Positions 1 through 10,997 of a DNA stretch of 64,000 nt are shown in pieces. Numbering within the stretch: position 1 is the first letter of the stretch; each line of letters opens with the position of its first letter. The stretch comes from Ranitomeya imitator. Lineage: Eukaryota. The stretch lies in assembly GCF_032444005.1 (NCBI RefSeq), contig NC_091283.1, positions 365,428,001-365,492,000 of the forward strand, written 5' to 3'. Both the position numbers and the translations under genes were made by a program. Below the pieces are notes generated by a model that saw only the letters and a program-made list of their open reading frames with translations, had not been told where the DNA came from and made no database searches.

Positions 1-270
1 TTGCTTTGGCTGTGGAACCGTTGGCTGCCAAAATTCGACAGTCTGCTGAGGTGTCTGGGTTCAAGAATGGGTCAATAGAAGAAAAGATAGCGCTATACGC
101 GGACGATATACTACTGTTTTTGGGTGATCCAATTGCTTCCTTGGGAAGTGCCATTGGGCTTATTGAGAGATTTGGCTCTTTCTCGGGGTTGACGATAAAT
201 TGGAGTAAGTCAATTTTGTTTAAAGTTGACGTAGGGGATGAGGTGAGTGAGTCCGTAGATGGAGGGAGAC
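1..270 (+). mobile_element. L1/Tx1-clade LINE reverse transcriptase fragment, interrupted at TTAA 271-274
   Basis: ORF 6..302 reads EPLAAKIR...EEKIALYADDILLFL...FGSFSGLTINWSKS, typical L1-clade RT motifs; similarity ends at TTAACCCCTT (271). Confidence 0.85.
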
Positions 271-589
271 TTAACCCCTTCTCGACCTTTGACGCCACGT
301 AGGCGTCATGAAAGTCGGTGCCAATCCGACCTATGACGCCTATGTGGCGTCATGGAAAGATCGCGTCCCTGCCGATCTGCAGGGACAGGGGGAGTGGTAG
401 TTTAGCCCAGGGGGGGTGGCTTCACCCCCCCCGTGGCTACGATCGCTCTGATTGGCTGTTGAAAGTGAAACTGCCAATCAGAGCGATTTGTAATATTTCA
501 CCTATTAAAACTGGTGAAATATTACAATCCAGCCATGGCCGATGCTGCAATATCATCGGCCATGGCTGGAAACACTAATGTGCCCCCAC

Positions 590-900
590 CCCACCCCACC
601 GATCGCCCCCCCAAGCCACCGATCTGTCCGGTACACTGCTCCGGCTCCCCTCCGTCCTGTGCTCCGCTCCCCCCGTGCTCTTGTCCGCTCCCCCGTGCTC
701 CAATCACCCCCCTGTGCTCTGATCCAACCCCCCGTGCTCCGATTCACCCCCCGTGCTCCGATCCACCCCCCTGTGCTGCGATCTACCCCCCGTGCTGCGA
801 TCCATCCCCCCGCGCTCCGATCCATCCCCCCGCGCTCCGATCCACCCCCCCATGCTCCGATCCCCCCCCCGTGCTCCCCCCATCCCATCATACTTACCGA
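590..900 (+). repeat. C-rich degenerate ~20-bp tandem repeat (CCCCCCGTGCTCCGATCCA-like)
   Basis: Direct inspection; explains the Pro-rich ORFs at 514-1033. Confidence 0.8.
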
Positions 901-1162
901 TCCTCCCGGGGTCCGTCCGTCTTCTCCCTGGGTGCCGCCATCTTCCAAAATGGCGGGCGCAAGCGCAGTGCACCCGCCGAATCTGCCGGCCGGCAGATTC
1001 GTTCCAAAGTGCATTTTGATCACTGAGATATAACCTATCACAGTGATCAAAATAAAAAAAATAGTAAATGATTCCCCCCCCCCCCCCTTTGTCACCCCCA
1101 AAGGTAGGGACAATAAAAAATAAAGAATTTTTTTTTTCCCACTAAGGTTAGGGTTAGGGTTT

Positions 1163-1506
1163 CGATATGTGCACACGTATTCTGGTCCTCTGCGGATTTT
1201 TCCGCTGCAGATTTCATAAATCCGCAGTGCTAAACCGCTGCGGATTTATGGCGGATTTACCATGGTTTTTCTGCACATTTCACTGCAGTTTTACAACTGC
1301 GATTTTCTATTGGAGCAGTTGTAAAACCGCTGCGGAATCCGCAGAAAGAAGTGACATGCTGCGGAATGTAAACCGCTGCATTTCCGTGCAGTTTTTCTGC
1401 AGCATGTGTACAGCGATTTTTGTTTCCGATAGGTTTACATTGAACTGTAAACTCATGGGAAACTGCTGCGGATTCGCGGCGTTTTCCACAGCGTGTGCAC
1501 ATACCT
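1163..1506. mobile_element. Harbinger-type MITE
   Basis: Inverted ends TATGTGCACACG / CGTGTGCACATACC; internal GCGGA/TCCGC-rich palindromic body. Confidence 0.65.
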
Positions 1507-1515
1507 TTAGAATTA

Positions 1516-1876
1516 GGCTATGTGCGGATTTGGCTGCGGATCCGCAGCGGATTGGCCGCTGCGGATTCGCAGCAGTGTTCCATCAGGTTTACAGTACCAT
1601 GTAAACCTATGGAAAACAAAATCCGCTGTGCCCATGGTGCGGAAAATACAGCGCGGAAACGCTGCGTTGTATTTTCCGCAGCATGTCAATTCTTTGTGCG
1701 GATTCCGCAGCGTTTTACACCTGTTCCTCAATAGGAATCTGCAGGTGAAATCCACACAAAAAAACACTGGAAATCCACGGTAAATCCGCAGGTAAAACGC
1801 AGCGCCTTTTACCCGCGGATTTTTCAAAAATGATGCTGAAAAATCTCACACGAATCCGCAACATGGGCACATAGCC
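1516..1876. mobile_element. Harbinger-type MITE with TTA target duplication
   Basis: TTA|GGCTATGTGC ... GCACATAGCC|TTA. Confidence 0.7.
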
Positions 1877-4006
1877 TTAGGGTTGGAATTAGGGTTGTGA
1901 TTAGGGTTATGGCTACAGTTGGGATTAGGGTTAGGGGTGTGGGGAGGTTAGTGTTGGAGGTAGAATTGAGGGGTTTCCACTGTTTAGGCACATCAGGGGT
2001 CTACAAACGCAACATGGCGCCACCATTGATTCCAGCCAATCTTGTATTCAAAAAGTCAAATGGTGCTCCCTCACTTCCGAGCCCCGACGTGCGCCCAAAC
2101 AGTGGTTTACCCCCACATATGGGGTACCAGCATACTCGGGACAAACTGCGCAACAATTATTGGGGTCCAATTTCTCCTGTTACCCTTGTGAAAATAAAAA
2201 ATTGCTTGCTAAAACATCATTTTTGAGGAAAGAAAAATGATTTTTTATTTTCACGGCTCTGCGTTGTAAACGTCTGTGAAGCACTTGGGGGTTCAAAGTG
2301 CTCACCACACATCTAGATAAGTTCCTTTCGGGGTCTAGTTTCCAAAATAGGGTCACTTATGGGGGGTTTCTACTGTTTAGCCACATCAGGGTCTCTGCAA
2401 ACGCAGCCCTTTCGCCCTCTTTTGCGGCGACTTGGGTAGCTAAGGCCATGATATCTTGGTCAGAAACTTTAACTAAGGCTCTACAGGAGAGGAACCTACC
2501 GGCGGAGTTAACAGAGATGTCAAATCAGATAGCCCTAACTGGGAGCTACCTGATCAATGCATCTTTGGATGCAGCGAATGGTGCGGCATTATCTGCCGCA
2601 AACGCAATTGCCATTAGATGGGCCCTTTGGTTGAGAACATGGTGGGCGGATTCTACCTCGAAAAAATCCCTTACAACTCTCCCATATCAAGGTGGTTGAT
2701 TATTTGGGGAAAAACTGGATCAACTCATTTCTGATTCCACAGGGGGGAAAAGCAATTTTCTCCCACAGCAAAAGATTAAACAACCCTTTTGTCGCCAGTT
2801 TCAGGCTCGTTTCAAATCCTTTCGTAATCCCAGGTGGACCCCAGCGTCAAACCCCGCTGGCCCAGGTCGACCTAATCAGGACAAAGATCATCAGATCTCC
2901 TACAGGGCAAACCCGTTGGGAAGAATGCGGTCCCAGCTACCAAGGTCAAGGAGACCTAGGTCCCATAGGTTTTCGGCCAAATGACTGGAGGCGGTATCCG
3001 ATCACCTCCAACAGAGTAGGCGGTCGTCTACTCTTCTTTCATCAGTCATGGCTGTCAGTGGTTCACGACAGGTGGGTAAGAGATCTAATGTTCTCAGGGT
3101 ACAAAATAGAGTTTCTCAGTCTCCCCCCATGGCGGTTCTTTCCCTCCCGTTTTCCCACTTCAGGATCCCAGGTACAAGCCTTGTTCGGAACTGTAGAATC
3201 CCTTCGGCTCTGCGGGGTCATCATTCCAGTCCCGAAGGAAGAGAGATTTCAGGGGTTTTATTTCAACCTGTTCATGGTTCCCAAAAAAGACGGATCTGTA
3301 AGGCCCATTCTGGACCTAAAGTTTAAACAGGTTTGTCAACCTTGGTCACTTTCGAATGGAATCTCTCCGGTCAGTCATTGCGGCAATGGAAAAGGGAGAA
3401 TTCTTGGCCTCAATAGATATTCAAGATGCTTATCTTCACATTCCCATGTTCCCTTCGCATCAAAAATTTATACGTTTTGCCGTAGGCAGCCTACATTTTC
3501 AGTTCACTGCCTTACCTTTCGGGCTGGCCACCGCACCCAGGGTATTTACAAAGGTCATGGCAGCAGTGGTATCCATCCTGCATTCCCGGGGCATACTCGT
3601 TTTGCCATACCTAGACGATCTCCTTATCAAGGGGTAGTATTTTCAAGCCTGCGAGGAAAATGTCAGCATTACCCTGGATACGCTTTCTCGCTTAGGGTGG
3701 CTGGTGAATCTAAAAAAATCATCCTTTGTGCCATCTCAGAAAATCTATTTTCTAGGGATGATCTTCAACACCTCACAAGGGTTGACAATCCTACACCGGG
3801 ACAAGGTCCTGACCCTCTGCAAAGAGGTGAGGATCCTTCGCCGGCCGACCTACCATACAATCTGGTCCTGCATGAGAGTTTTAGGAAGAATGGTGGTGGC
3901 AATAGAGGCAGTACCTTTTGTGCAATTCCATCTCTGTCCTATCCAAGATGCACTGTTGGCAGCATGGGACAAGAATCTGTATTCTCTCAATCTCAGGTGT
4001 CGTCTG

Positions 4007-4263
4007 AAGATAGGAAAATGACAGCGCTCCATCCGGGTGTAATCCAAATATGAAAATTTATTAAGCCATAAAACAGCAAACAGCAACGTTTCGACCTAAC
4101 AGGTCTTTATCATGCTTTATTATGGCTTAATAAATTTTCATATTTGGATTACACCCGGATGGAGCGCTGTCATTTTCCTATCTTCAGACTTCTACGGTCC
4201 TAGTGGGTTCCCTGGACTTGGACTGGCGCTCCGGTCAAGTGAAGTGCGGTTAGCCATCTTGCT
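4007..4263 (-). mobile_element. 257-bp micro Penelope-like insertion (foldback tail plus hammerhead-like motif) in DIRS A pol
   Basis: 16-bp direct repeat TCTCAGGTGTCGTCTG at 3991-4006 and 4264-4279; removing the insert restores pol (NLYSLNLRCRLSLQVRQALAWW). 70-bp inverted repeat 4002-4071 / 4120-4189. Confidence 0.8.
4082..4116 (-). ncRNA. Minimal type I hammerhead-like motif with variant core
   Basis: Minus strand AGC ATGATAA A GACC TGTTA GGTC GAAAC GTT GCT. The core differs from CUGANGA at positions 3 and 8. Confidence 0.5.
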
Positions 4264-6190
4264 TCTCAGGTGTCGTCTGTCTCTCCAGGTCAGACAGGCT
4301 CTTGCATGGTGGTCAACATGCCCTTCTCTATGACAAGGGAAACCCTTTCTCCCAGCCCATTGGCTGGTAGTCATGACAGACGCCAGTCTTCTCGGTTGGG
4401 GAGCAGTGTTTTGCCACCACACAGCCCAGGGACACTGGTCCTCGCGGGAGTCAACCCTCCCGATCAATCTATCGGAGATTCGGGCGATTCGGCTGGTGCT
4501 ACAACATTTTCATCTTCTAGCAGGCCGTCCTGTCCGGATTCAATCGGACAATGCCACAGCAGTGGCCTACATAAATCATCAAGGGGGTACCCGCAGCAGG
4601 GCAGCCATGCACGAGGTAAAACAGGTCCTCGACTGGGCTGAAAAGAACCACTCTGTGATTTCAGCAGTCCACATTCCGGGCGAGGAAAACTGGGCTGCGG
4701 GTTTTCTCAGTCGTCAGGGCCTTGCATCCGGGAAGTGGTCTCTCCATCCCGAGGTGTTTCAGGAAATATGTCATCGCTGGGGAACCCCGGACATGGACCT
4801 GATGCCTTCCGGAATGAGTGCCAAGGTACCCAAGTTTGTCGCCTGGTATCGAGACCCACAGGCAATCACCGTGGACTCATTCATTCTACATTGGAACCTG
4901 TTTCATCTCCCATACCTGTTTCCCCCTCTTGCGCTGCTCCCAAAGGTAGTCAGGAAGATCCAGACAGATGGAGTTCCAACAATCCTGGTTGCTCCAGATT
5001 TGCCTCGTCGGTCATGGTACGATGACCTAGTGCAGCTACTCACCAAGGTTCCTTGGCGACTTCCAGAGCACCCAGACCTACTATCTCAGGGCCCGATCTA
5101 CCACCAGAACTCAGAGGTCCTGTGTTTAATGGCCTGGCCATTGAATCTTGGATTCTGACGCAGGCCGGATTCTCACAAAAGGTTGCCGCTACCGTGATTA
5201 GCACCCGCAAATCCGTCTCAGCACGTATTTATAATCACACCTGGAAGGTTTTCTTTTCATGGTGCGGAAACCGTGGGCTTCCCCCTCTACGTTACTCCAT
5301 TCCTAACATCCTTGCTTTTCTCCAAGCCAGCCTGGATTCGGGGCTTACACCAAGTACCCTCAGAAGACAGGTATCATCCTTATCGGTTCTTTTTCAGCGC
5401 AGGATTGCCATCAATTTACAGGTGAAAACTTTTCTACAGGGAGTCACTCACATGGTACCGCCTTACAGGGCCCCCCTGGGCCTCTTCAGGATGTCTCTTT
5501 GACCTATCTTTCCTGGAAAGTCGTGTTCTTGGTGGCCATAACTTCCATTAGGCAGGTATCAGAGCTGGTGGCTCTATCCTGCCGGGCTCTGTTTCTACAT
5601 TTCCATCAGGATAAATAAAGTGGTGCTCAGGCCAGCACCCTCATTTTTCCAAAGGTGGTTTCCTCGTTCCACATTAACGAGGACATTGTCTTACCTTCTT
5701 TTTGCCCAGTGCCAACGCACCGCGTGGAAAAAGCTCTCTATACGCTAGACCTAGTGAGAGCACTAAGGAGGTACATTTCTTGGATGGCACCTTTTCGGCA
5801 GACGGATGCGCTGTTCGTCCTTCCTGAGGGTCACAGGAAGGGGCTCGCTGCATCAAGATCCACCATAGCAAGGTGGATACGATCAGCTATTCAGGAGGCC
5901 TACCGCGTCAAGGGCATGATCGTTCCGGCCGGAATCAGAGCTCACTCCACTCGAGCAGTGGGGGCTTCCTGGGCTTCGGCACCAGGCTTCGGCAGAACAG
6001 GTTTGCAAGGCAGCAACCTGATCCAGTTTGCATACCTTTTCCAAACACTATAATGTCCATACTCAGACTTTTGCAAATGCAAGCCTGGGTAGAAGGATTC
6101 TTCAGGCAGCGGTAGCGCACCTATAAGCGGCAGATGCCTGGATATTACTCCGGTGAGTCAATTTCCCACCCAGGGACTGCTTTAGGACAT

Positions 6191-6285
6191 CCCACAGTCC
6201 TGTGTCCCCCAATGAGGGGAAGGAGAAATAGGGATTTTTGTCTTACGTAAAATCCTTTTCTCCGAGACACTCATTGGGGGACCCA
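6191..6285 (+). repeat. DIRS A internal complementary region (ICR)
   Basis: ATAGGGATTTTTG...GTAAAATCCTTTTCTCCGAG...CTCATTGGGGGAC is complementary to the right terminus 6520-6594. The first half (CCCACAGTCCTGTGTCCCCCAATGAG) corresponds to the lost left terminus. Confidence 0.85.
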
Positions 6286-6594
6286 GCTCCCTCCCTATTA
6301 GCCAGATGGCTCTTTTTTGTTATTTGACTTTATCAGTCGGTAGGGTCGTTTTCGAGACATGTTGTTTCTGTATTAATGCTGCCATATTTGTTCTCCTACT
6401 GCTTTTTTTCACCAAACTGGGTTTGCCTTCGGCCCATGTCAGGGTGTATACGACAGAGGAGGAGCTAAACCTTTTTTTATGTTTACTTAGTATCAGCCTC
6501 CTGGCGGCAGTAGCATACACCCACAGTCCTGTGTCCCCCAATGAGCGCCTCGGAGAAAAGGATTTTACGGTGAGTAACACAAAAATCCCTATTT

Positions 6595-8340
6595 CTCATG
6601 CTGTTCTTTTGAGAATGCAAAATTTGGAGCTAAAACATTTTTTTTGTTTAAAAAATGCAATTTTTATTTTCACAGCTCAACGTTATAAACTTCTGTACAG
6701 TGCCTGGGGGTTCAAGGTGCTTATCACACATCTAGATAAGTTTCTTGAGGGATCTAGTTTCCAAAGTGGGGTCAATTGTGGGGGGTTTCCACTGTATGGG
6801 CACATCAGTGGCTCTCTAACGCGATTTGCAGTTCGCGAATGATTCCAGCTAATTTTGCATACATAAAGTCAAATGGCACTGTTCTGTCCTCACTAAATGA
6901 GGGAGGCTCATATGTAGCTATATAGGCAGCTAAACCGCTATACCGGAGTCCAATAAGGAGACTGGTTGAGTCTGTGCTTTCTTGAACGTAGTAGTATATT
7001 GATGCGGTGAAACTGTAAACAATCATATACATACAATCAGTGCATGGTATAGCAGAAATATATACTAAACATGTTGCACATTATGCATGAACATTTATAA
7101 GGCTAGTATCTGAACTAGGAGTACAACACAGTAAGTTAGGCTACTATTAGAGCAGAAATTACCTACAGAAAGCATAAAGACATACCGGCAATGCAATCGC
7201 AAGGGGGATGAAGTGGAAGCGTCTTTCCTTGAAAGAAGACTGAAAGAAGTGAAAACAAAATGGAGGGAGATGTAAGCTGAGTCATCATAATGCTTTGCAA
7301 AGGGGAGGAGAATCAGACATGGAAAATAGAAAAAAAAGAAAATAGAACTGTGAACATGACTCTGACCGCTAGAAGGAGCCAAAACAGTACAGACAAATAC
7401 AGGTATGAATATATCAGTTACTGTATACTAGCTACTAAGAAAACTGCAAATTATGCAAACAGATAATCAAAGGTAACAAATTAGATGGCGGAGACAGAAC
7501 AGGCACTCCATCCCTTCTGAGATCTAACGTGCACCTGAACAGTTGTATCCGCATGCTCAGGAGAAATTGCACAAAAAATTATGGGGTCCATTTTCTCCTG
7601 TTACCCTTTTGAAAATAAAAAATGTGGTCTAAAGTTTAACAATAATTTAAGTTAAATGTTCACTTTTTTTTCACGTTGCTTCAGTTCCTGTGAAGCACCT
7701 GTAAGCTTCTTATGTGGTTTTGAGCACCTTGACTGGTGCAGTTTTCAGAATGCTGTCACTTTTCGGTATTTTCTGTTATATAGACCCCTCAAAGTCACTT
7801 CAAATGGCTTTGTAAATGTCATAAAAATGAAAAATCGCTGGTCAACTTTCAATCCTTCTAATTTCCTAACAAAAAAAAATGTTTAAAAATGTAGCTGATG
7901 TATAGAAGACATGTGGGAACTGTTATCTTGTGTGGCATAATTCTCTGATGTAAGGGCATAAAAATTAAAAGTTTGAAAATTGCAAATTTCCCCAAATTTC
8001 CGATTTCCCCCCCCTCCCCCACAAAAAACACAAGTGATATCGAGGAAATTTTACCACTGTAAAGTACAAAATGTCACGAAAAAATAATCTCAGAATCAGT
8101 GAGAACTGTTGAAACCATTCCAGAGATATCACCATATAGGCTGCCGTCACACTAGTAGTATTTGGTCAGTATTTTACATCAGTATTTGTAAGCCAAAACC
8201 AGAAGTGGAACAATTAGAGGAAAAGTATAATAGAAACATTTATCACCCACTCCTGGTTTTGGCTTACAAATACTGAGGTAAAATACTGACCAAATACTAC
8301 TAGTGTGACGGCAGCCATAAAGTGACACTGGTAAGAGTTC
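6595..8340. mobile_element. Continuation of the large piggyBac-type non-autonomous host element
   Basis: Repeats internal blocks seen at 1960-2400; interrupted by the MITE at 8139-8316. Confidence 0.45.
8139..8316. mobile_element. Harbinger-type MITE (178 bp, near-perfect foldback)
   Basis: ATA|GGCTGCCGTCACACTAGTAGTATTTGGTCAG ... CTGACCAAATACTACTAGTGTGACGGCAGCC|ATA. A right-half copy lies at ~28913-28970. Confidence 0.8.
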
Positions 8341-10032
8341 TAAAATTTGGTCTGTCATGAAGGGGAAAACAGGCTTGGGGGTGAAGGGGTCAATGCTCAC
8401 CAAAACTGCCAGCTGCAGATAACAGCTACTTAGTAGGACAGAGAGGGAAACGCCCATCCAAAGATCTTATAACACCACACAAGGCAGGTAGAAAAGGAAA
8501 CGCAGGTAGTGGTGCTCATCCCATAGTGAGAACTATGTTGTAATCCAGGTAAGAAAAATAGCGGCACCTAATACCAAATAAAATGTTGACCTTTTATTCA
8601 AGCATGAAATTACTAAACTGGGAAAATGAAGACCCAGTGGACAATGCCATTTTGCACGAACACAGGTTTTTATCTGCCTGGTTTAGCAATTTCATGCTTA
8701 AATAAAAAGTAATCACTTTATTTGATAATAAGTCACACTATTTTTTCTTACCTGAATTACTGAACAGAGGCATCATCTACAGGAAATTTTAGGGCTACAG
8801 AAACATCACATATTTTATACAGAAGAATAGCACTATCGCCATTGTTCTCTGTGCAATGACCTATAGACCAGACATAGTCCTCATAATATTCTCACACACT
8901 CTTTGTGTGAATGATCAAGGTCTCCTTATACCGAGTAGAGCAGCCCCAGAGACATAGACCCCATCTGGTACTAACATGCTGGAGGCCAGATCCGGAGTAT
9001 CCAGCCACGGGGCCTGGATTCTCTCATTTTGGGCTTTGGTGTTTCTTTCAGAATAAATCACCGTCTCATAAAGTTCTGTAGTAATGACTTTGTTAATCAG
9101 GTTTTGTAGGAGCGTTCGTCTGAATCCATCTAAATGTTAACAATATATGCAAGAAACGATAAAGGTACTACCACAGTTTTACCTTGCGTGTCCAGTGTCC
9201 GTGCTACATAAATACCCTGGTAAAAGAAACCTTGATGTCTCCAACCAAACCTGTTGATTATGATTATACAATTGTAATAACTTACTCTAAAAAAGAATTT
9301 ATAATCTCGCAGTATGTGTATAAGATAATCTTCCACTAAACACTTCGGACTTTTGGCCTCTAGACGTATGCCGACCTTGTGAAGAAATAGATATGTGATA
9401 GTCAGAGTTGGTATTAGAGGGGGAAAGACTGGTCAGTTGCTTAGGGCCTCAATCCCCTAAGCGACCCCACCTCCAGGCAGTGATTACACTGCTCTACAGC
9501 CAAATTGTTTCAGAGAAGAAAATAGCTGAACTTAACTAATTTTGTGGTGCTGAAAATGAATATGATGCTTAAATTTGTTGATTGGCTCTAACTTTCAAGA
9601 ACCAGAGGAAGTTGTAATTACTTATGACACCTTTCATGCAGGTGTATAGAAAAATGTTGTCTTTATTATTTTAGCATTATTGCATTGTTAGTATCTATAC
9701 ACAATAAAGCAAATGGAGTCAAAGAGGCTCATTCATGAATACAAAAGTATAACATTTATTAAGTACATCGTCATAAAACAATCTAAGCATAATAATACAA
9801 AAGTTAGTTATACAAAAAGAGGATTTCTCACTATTTGTACAAGGATCCGGGTAAAGATGTTCCTACACCCACACAAACATAAAGTGTATCGGCCAGAGGT
9901 TCAAGTTCTCAATGCTATAATATTACAATTGCATGTAGCCACTATACAGGGGCTGCCGTTACAAGGTGGTACAATATTAAAAAGACTGAACCTCACCCAT
10001 GTTTGCCGTAGTGTGGATGCGGAACCGCCAGC

Positions 10033-10066
10033 TCCTACGCGCGTTTCGCGTAGGCTTCTTCAGGGG
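10033..10066 (-). ncRNA. Minimal type I hammerhead ribozyme motif in the PLE1 3' region
   Basis: Minus strand CCC CTGAAGA A GC-CTAC-GC GAAA C-GCGC-G TA GGA: intact CUGANGA/GAAA core, GUA cleavage triplet, palindromic helix III. Confidence 0.75.
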
Positions 10067-10997
10067 GCCGTGTCAAGTGTGTCACTACGAGGTCTTAAAT
10101 AGTGCTACCGCACCTGATGTGGATAACCGGACCTGAACGGTGCATGTACGCGCGACGCAGGCGCCGGAAATTGCATCATCCCCGGCCTCCTGAGCGACGC
10201 GCGACGCCAGGGAGCCATCTCCATGGCAGCCATGGTCGGCGCGCATCACCCAATGGGCGCCAAGAAAGATGCTCCGAAGCACCGATGTCACGGTCATGCG
10301 CACTGGCCCGTAGTAGAAAAAATGAGAGCGGGAGCTATAAACATATGTAAAGTGCGAAGTGCTGTGCAAATGGGACGCTGAAACAACCCTTAGTGCGTAC
10401 TGAGTTTCCAAGTGCCTAACACCAGAGTCATGGAAAATACATGAGTCCGTACTGAATAGGACGCAAGGTGTCCCTAAATATGTACCAATCCAGGCACATC
10501 ACAGTGTAATCATAAAAGTGCATAGAGGCGTGCCAAATGCAACGTTAAGACGTCACTAATTATGTGCACATAAGGTTACATTTGAAAATGCATACTACTG
10601 TGCTAGATAGGACGCACAAGCGTTCCAAAAATATACTAAGTAAAGTTACATAAAAACTAATGTCAAAAAAACAAAATAATATTGATTCACATAACTTTTA
10701 TATGCATATATAATTATATATAGAAAATCAACAATAAACATATTATAAATACATATAGAAACTTCAGTGCAGTTCTTTCTTGAAATATAGAAGTGAATCG
10801 AATTCCCGCATCACTCATCATCCACTCGGTAAGATGGCTATTGTAAATAGATTTAGTCCCTTTATGGTACAACTAGAAATAAACATAAAAATAAAATGAG
10901 ACATCACATAAAACATAAAAGACACACGGATATAAAATACCAAATCCAGAGGTAATCTGTACAATCTAAAGGAACGGGGCGAAACTAATTTGTTTGT

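Larger units (their letters stand above)
1143..1935 (+). repeat. Degenerate interstitial (TTAGGG)n tract split by two MITEs
   Basis: GGTTAGGGTTAGGGT at 1146-1160, resuming as TTAGGGTT...ATTAGGGTTAGGGG at 1877-1935. Confidence 0.6.
275..2404. mobile_element. Left part of a large non-autonomous piggyBac-type element (TTAA-CCCCTT end)
   Basis: Starts TTAA|CCCCTT. Internal blocks (GGGGGTTTCCACTG...CACATCAG; CACATCTAGATAAGTT) recur at 6700-6830. No transposase seen; superfamily inferred from the terminus. Confidence 0.55.
2405..6594 (+). mobile_element. DIRS1-type tyrosine-recombinase retrotransposon A, 5'-truncated and degenerate (gag end, RT/RNaseH/MT, YR, ICR, right ITR)
   Basis: Gag C-terminus (AANAIAIRWALWLRTW); RT (IDIQDAYLHIP, LPFGLATAPRVFTK, PYLDDLLI); RNaseH (TDAS, SDN, YINHQGGTRS); MT-like (PYLFPP); YR (AHSTRAVGASWA). 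Right end ...AAAAATCCCTATTT at 6594. Several stops and frameshifts. Confidence 0.93.

Noticed and set aside
8760-9360. Possibly decayed coding sequence on the minus strand (also 6850-7550)
   Set aside because: No diagnostic motif recognised; left unannotated.
9713-10102. Two ORFs (9713 + and 12723 -) with an identical 33-aa N-terminus, suggesting a duplicated small gene
   Set aside because: A by-product of the 119-bp Penelope inverted repeat.
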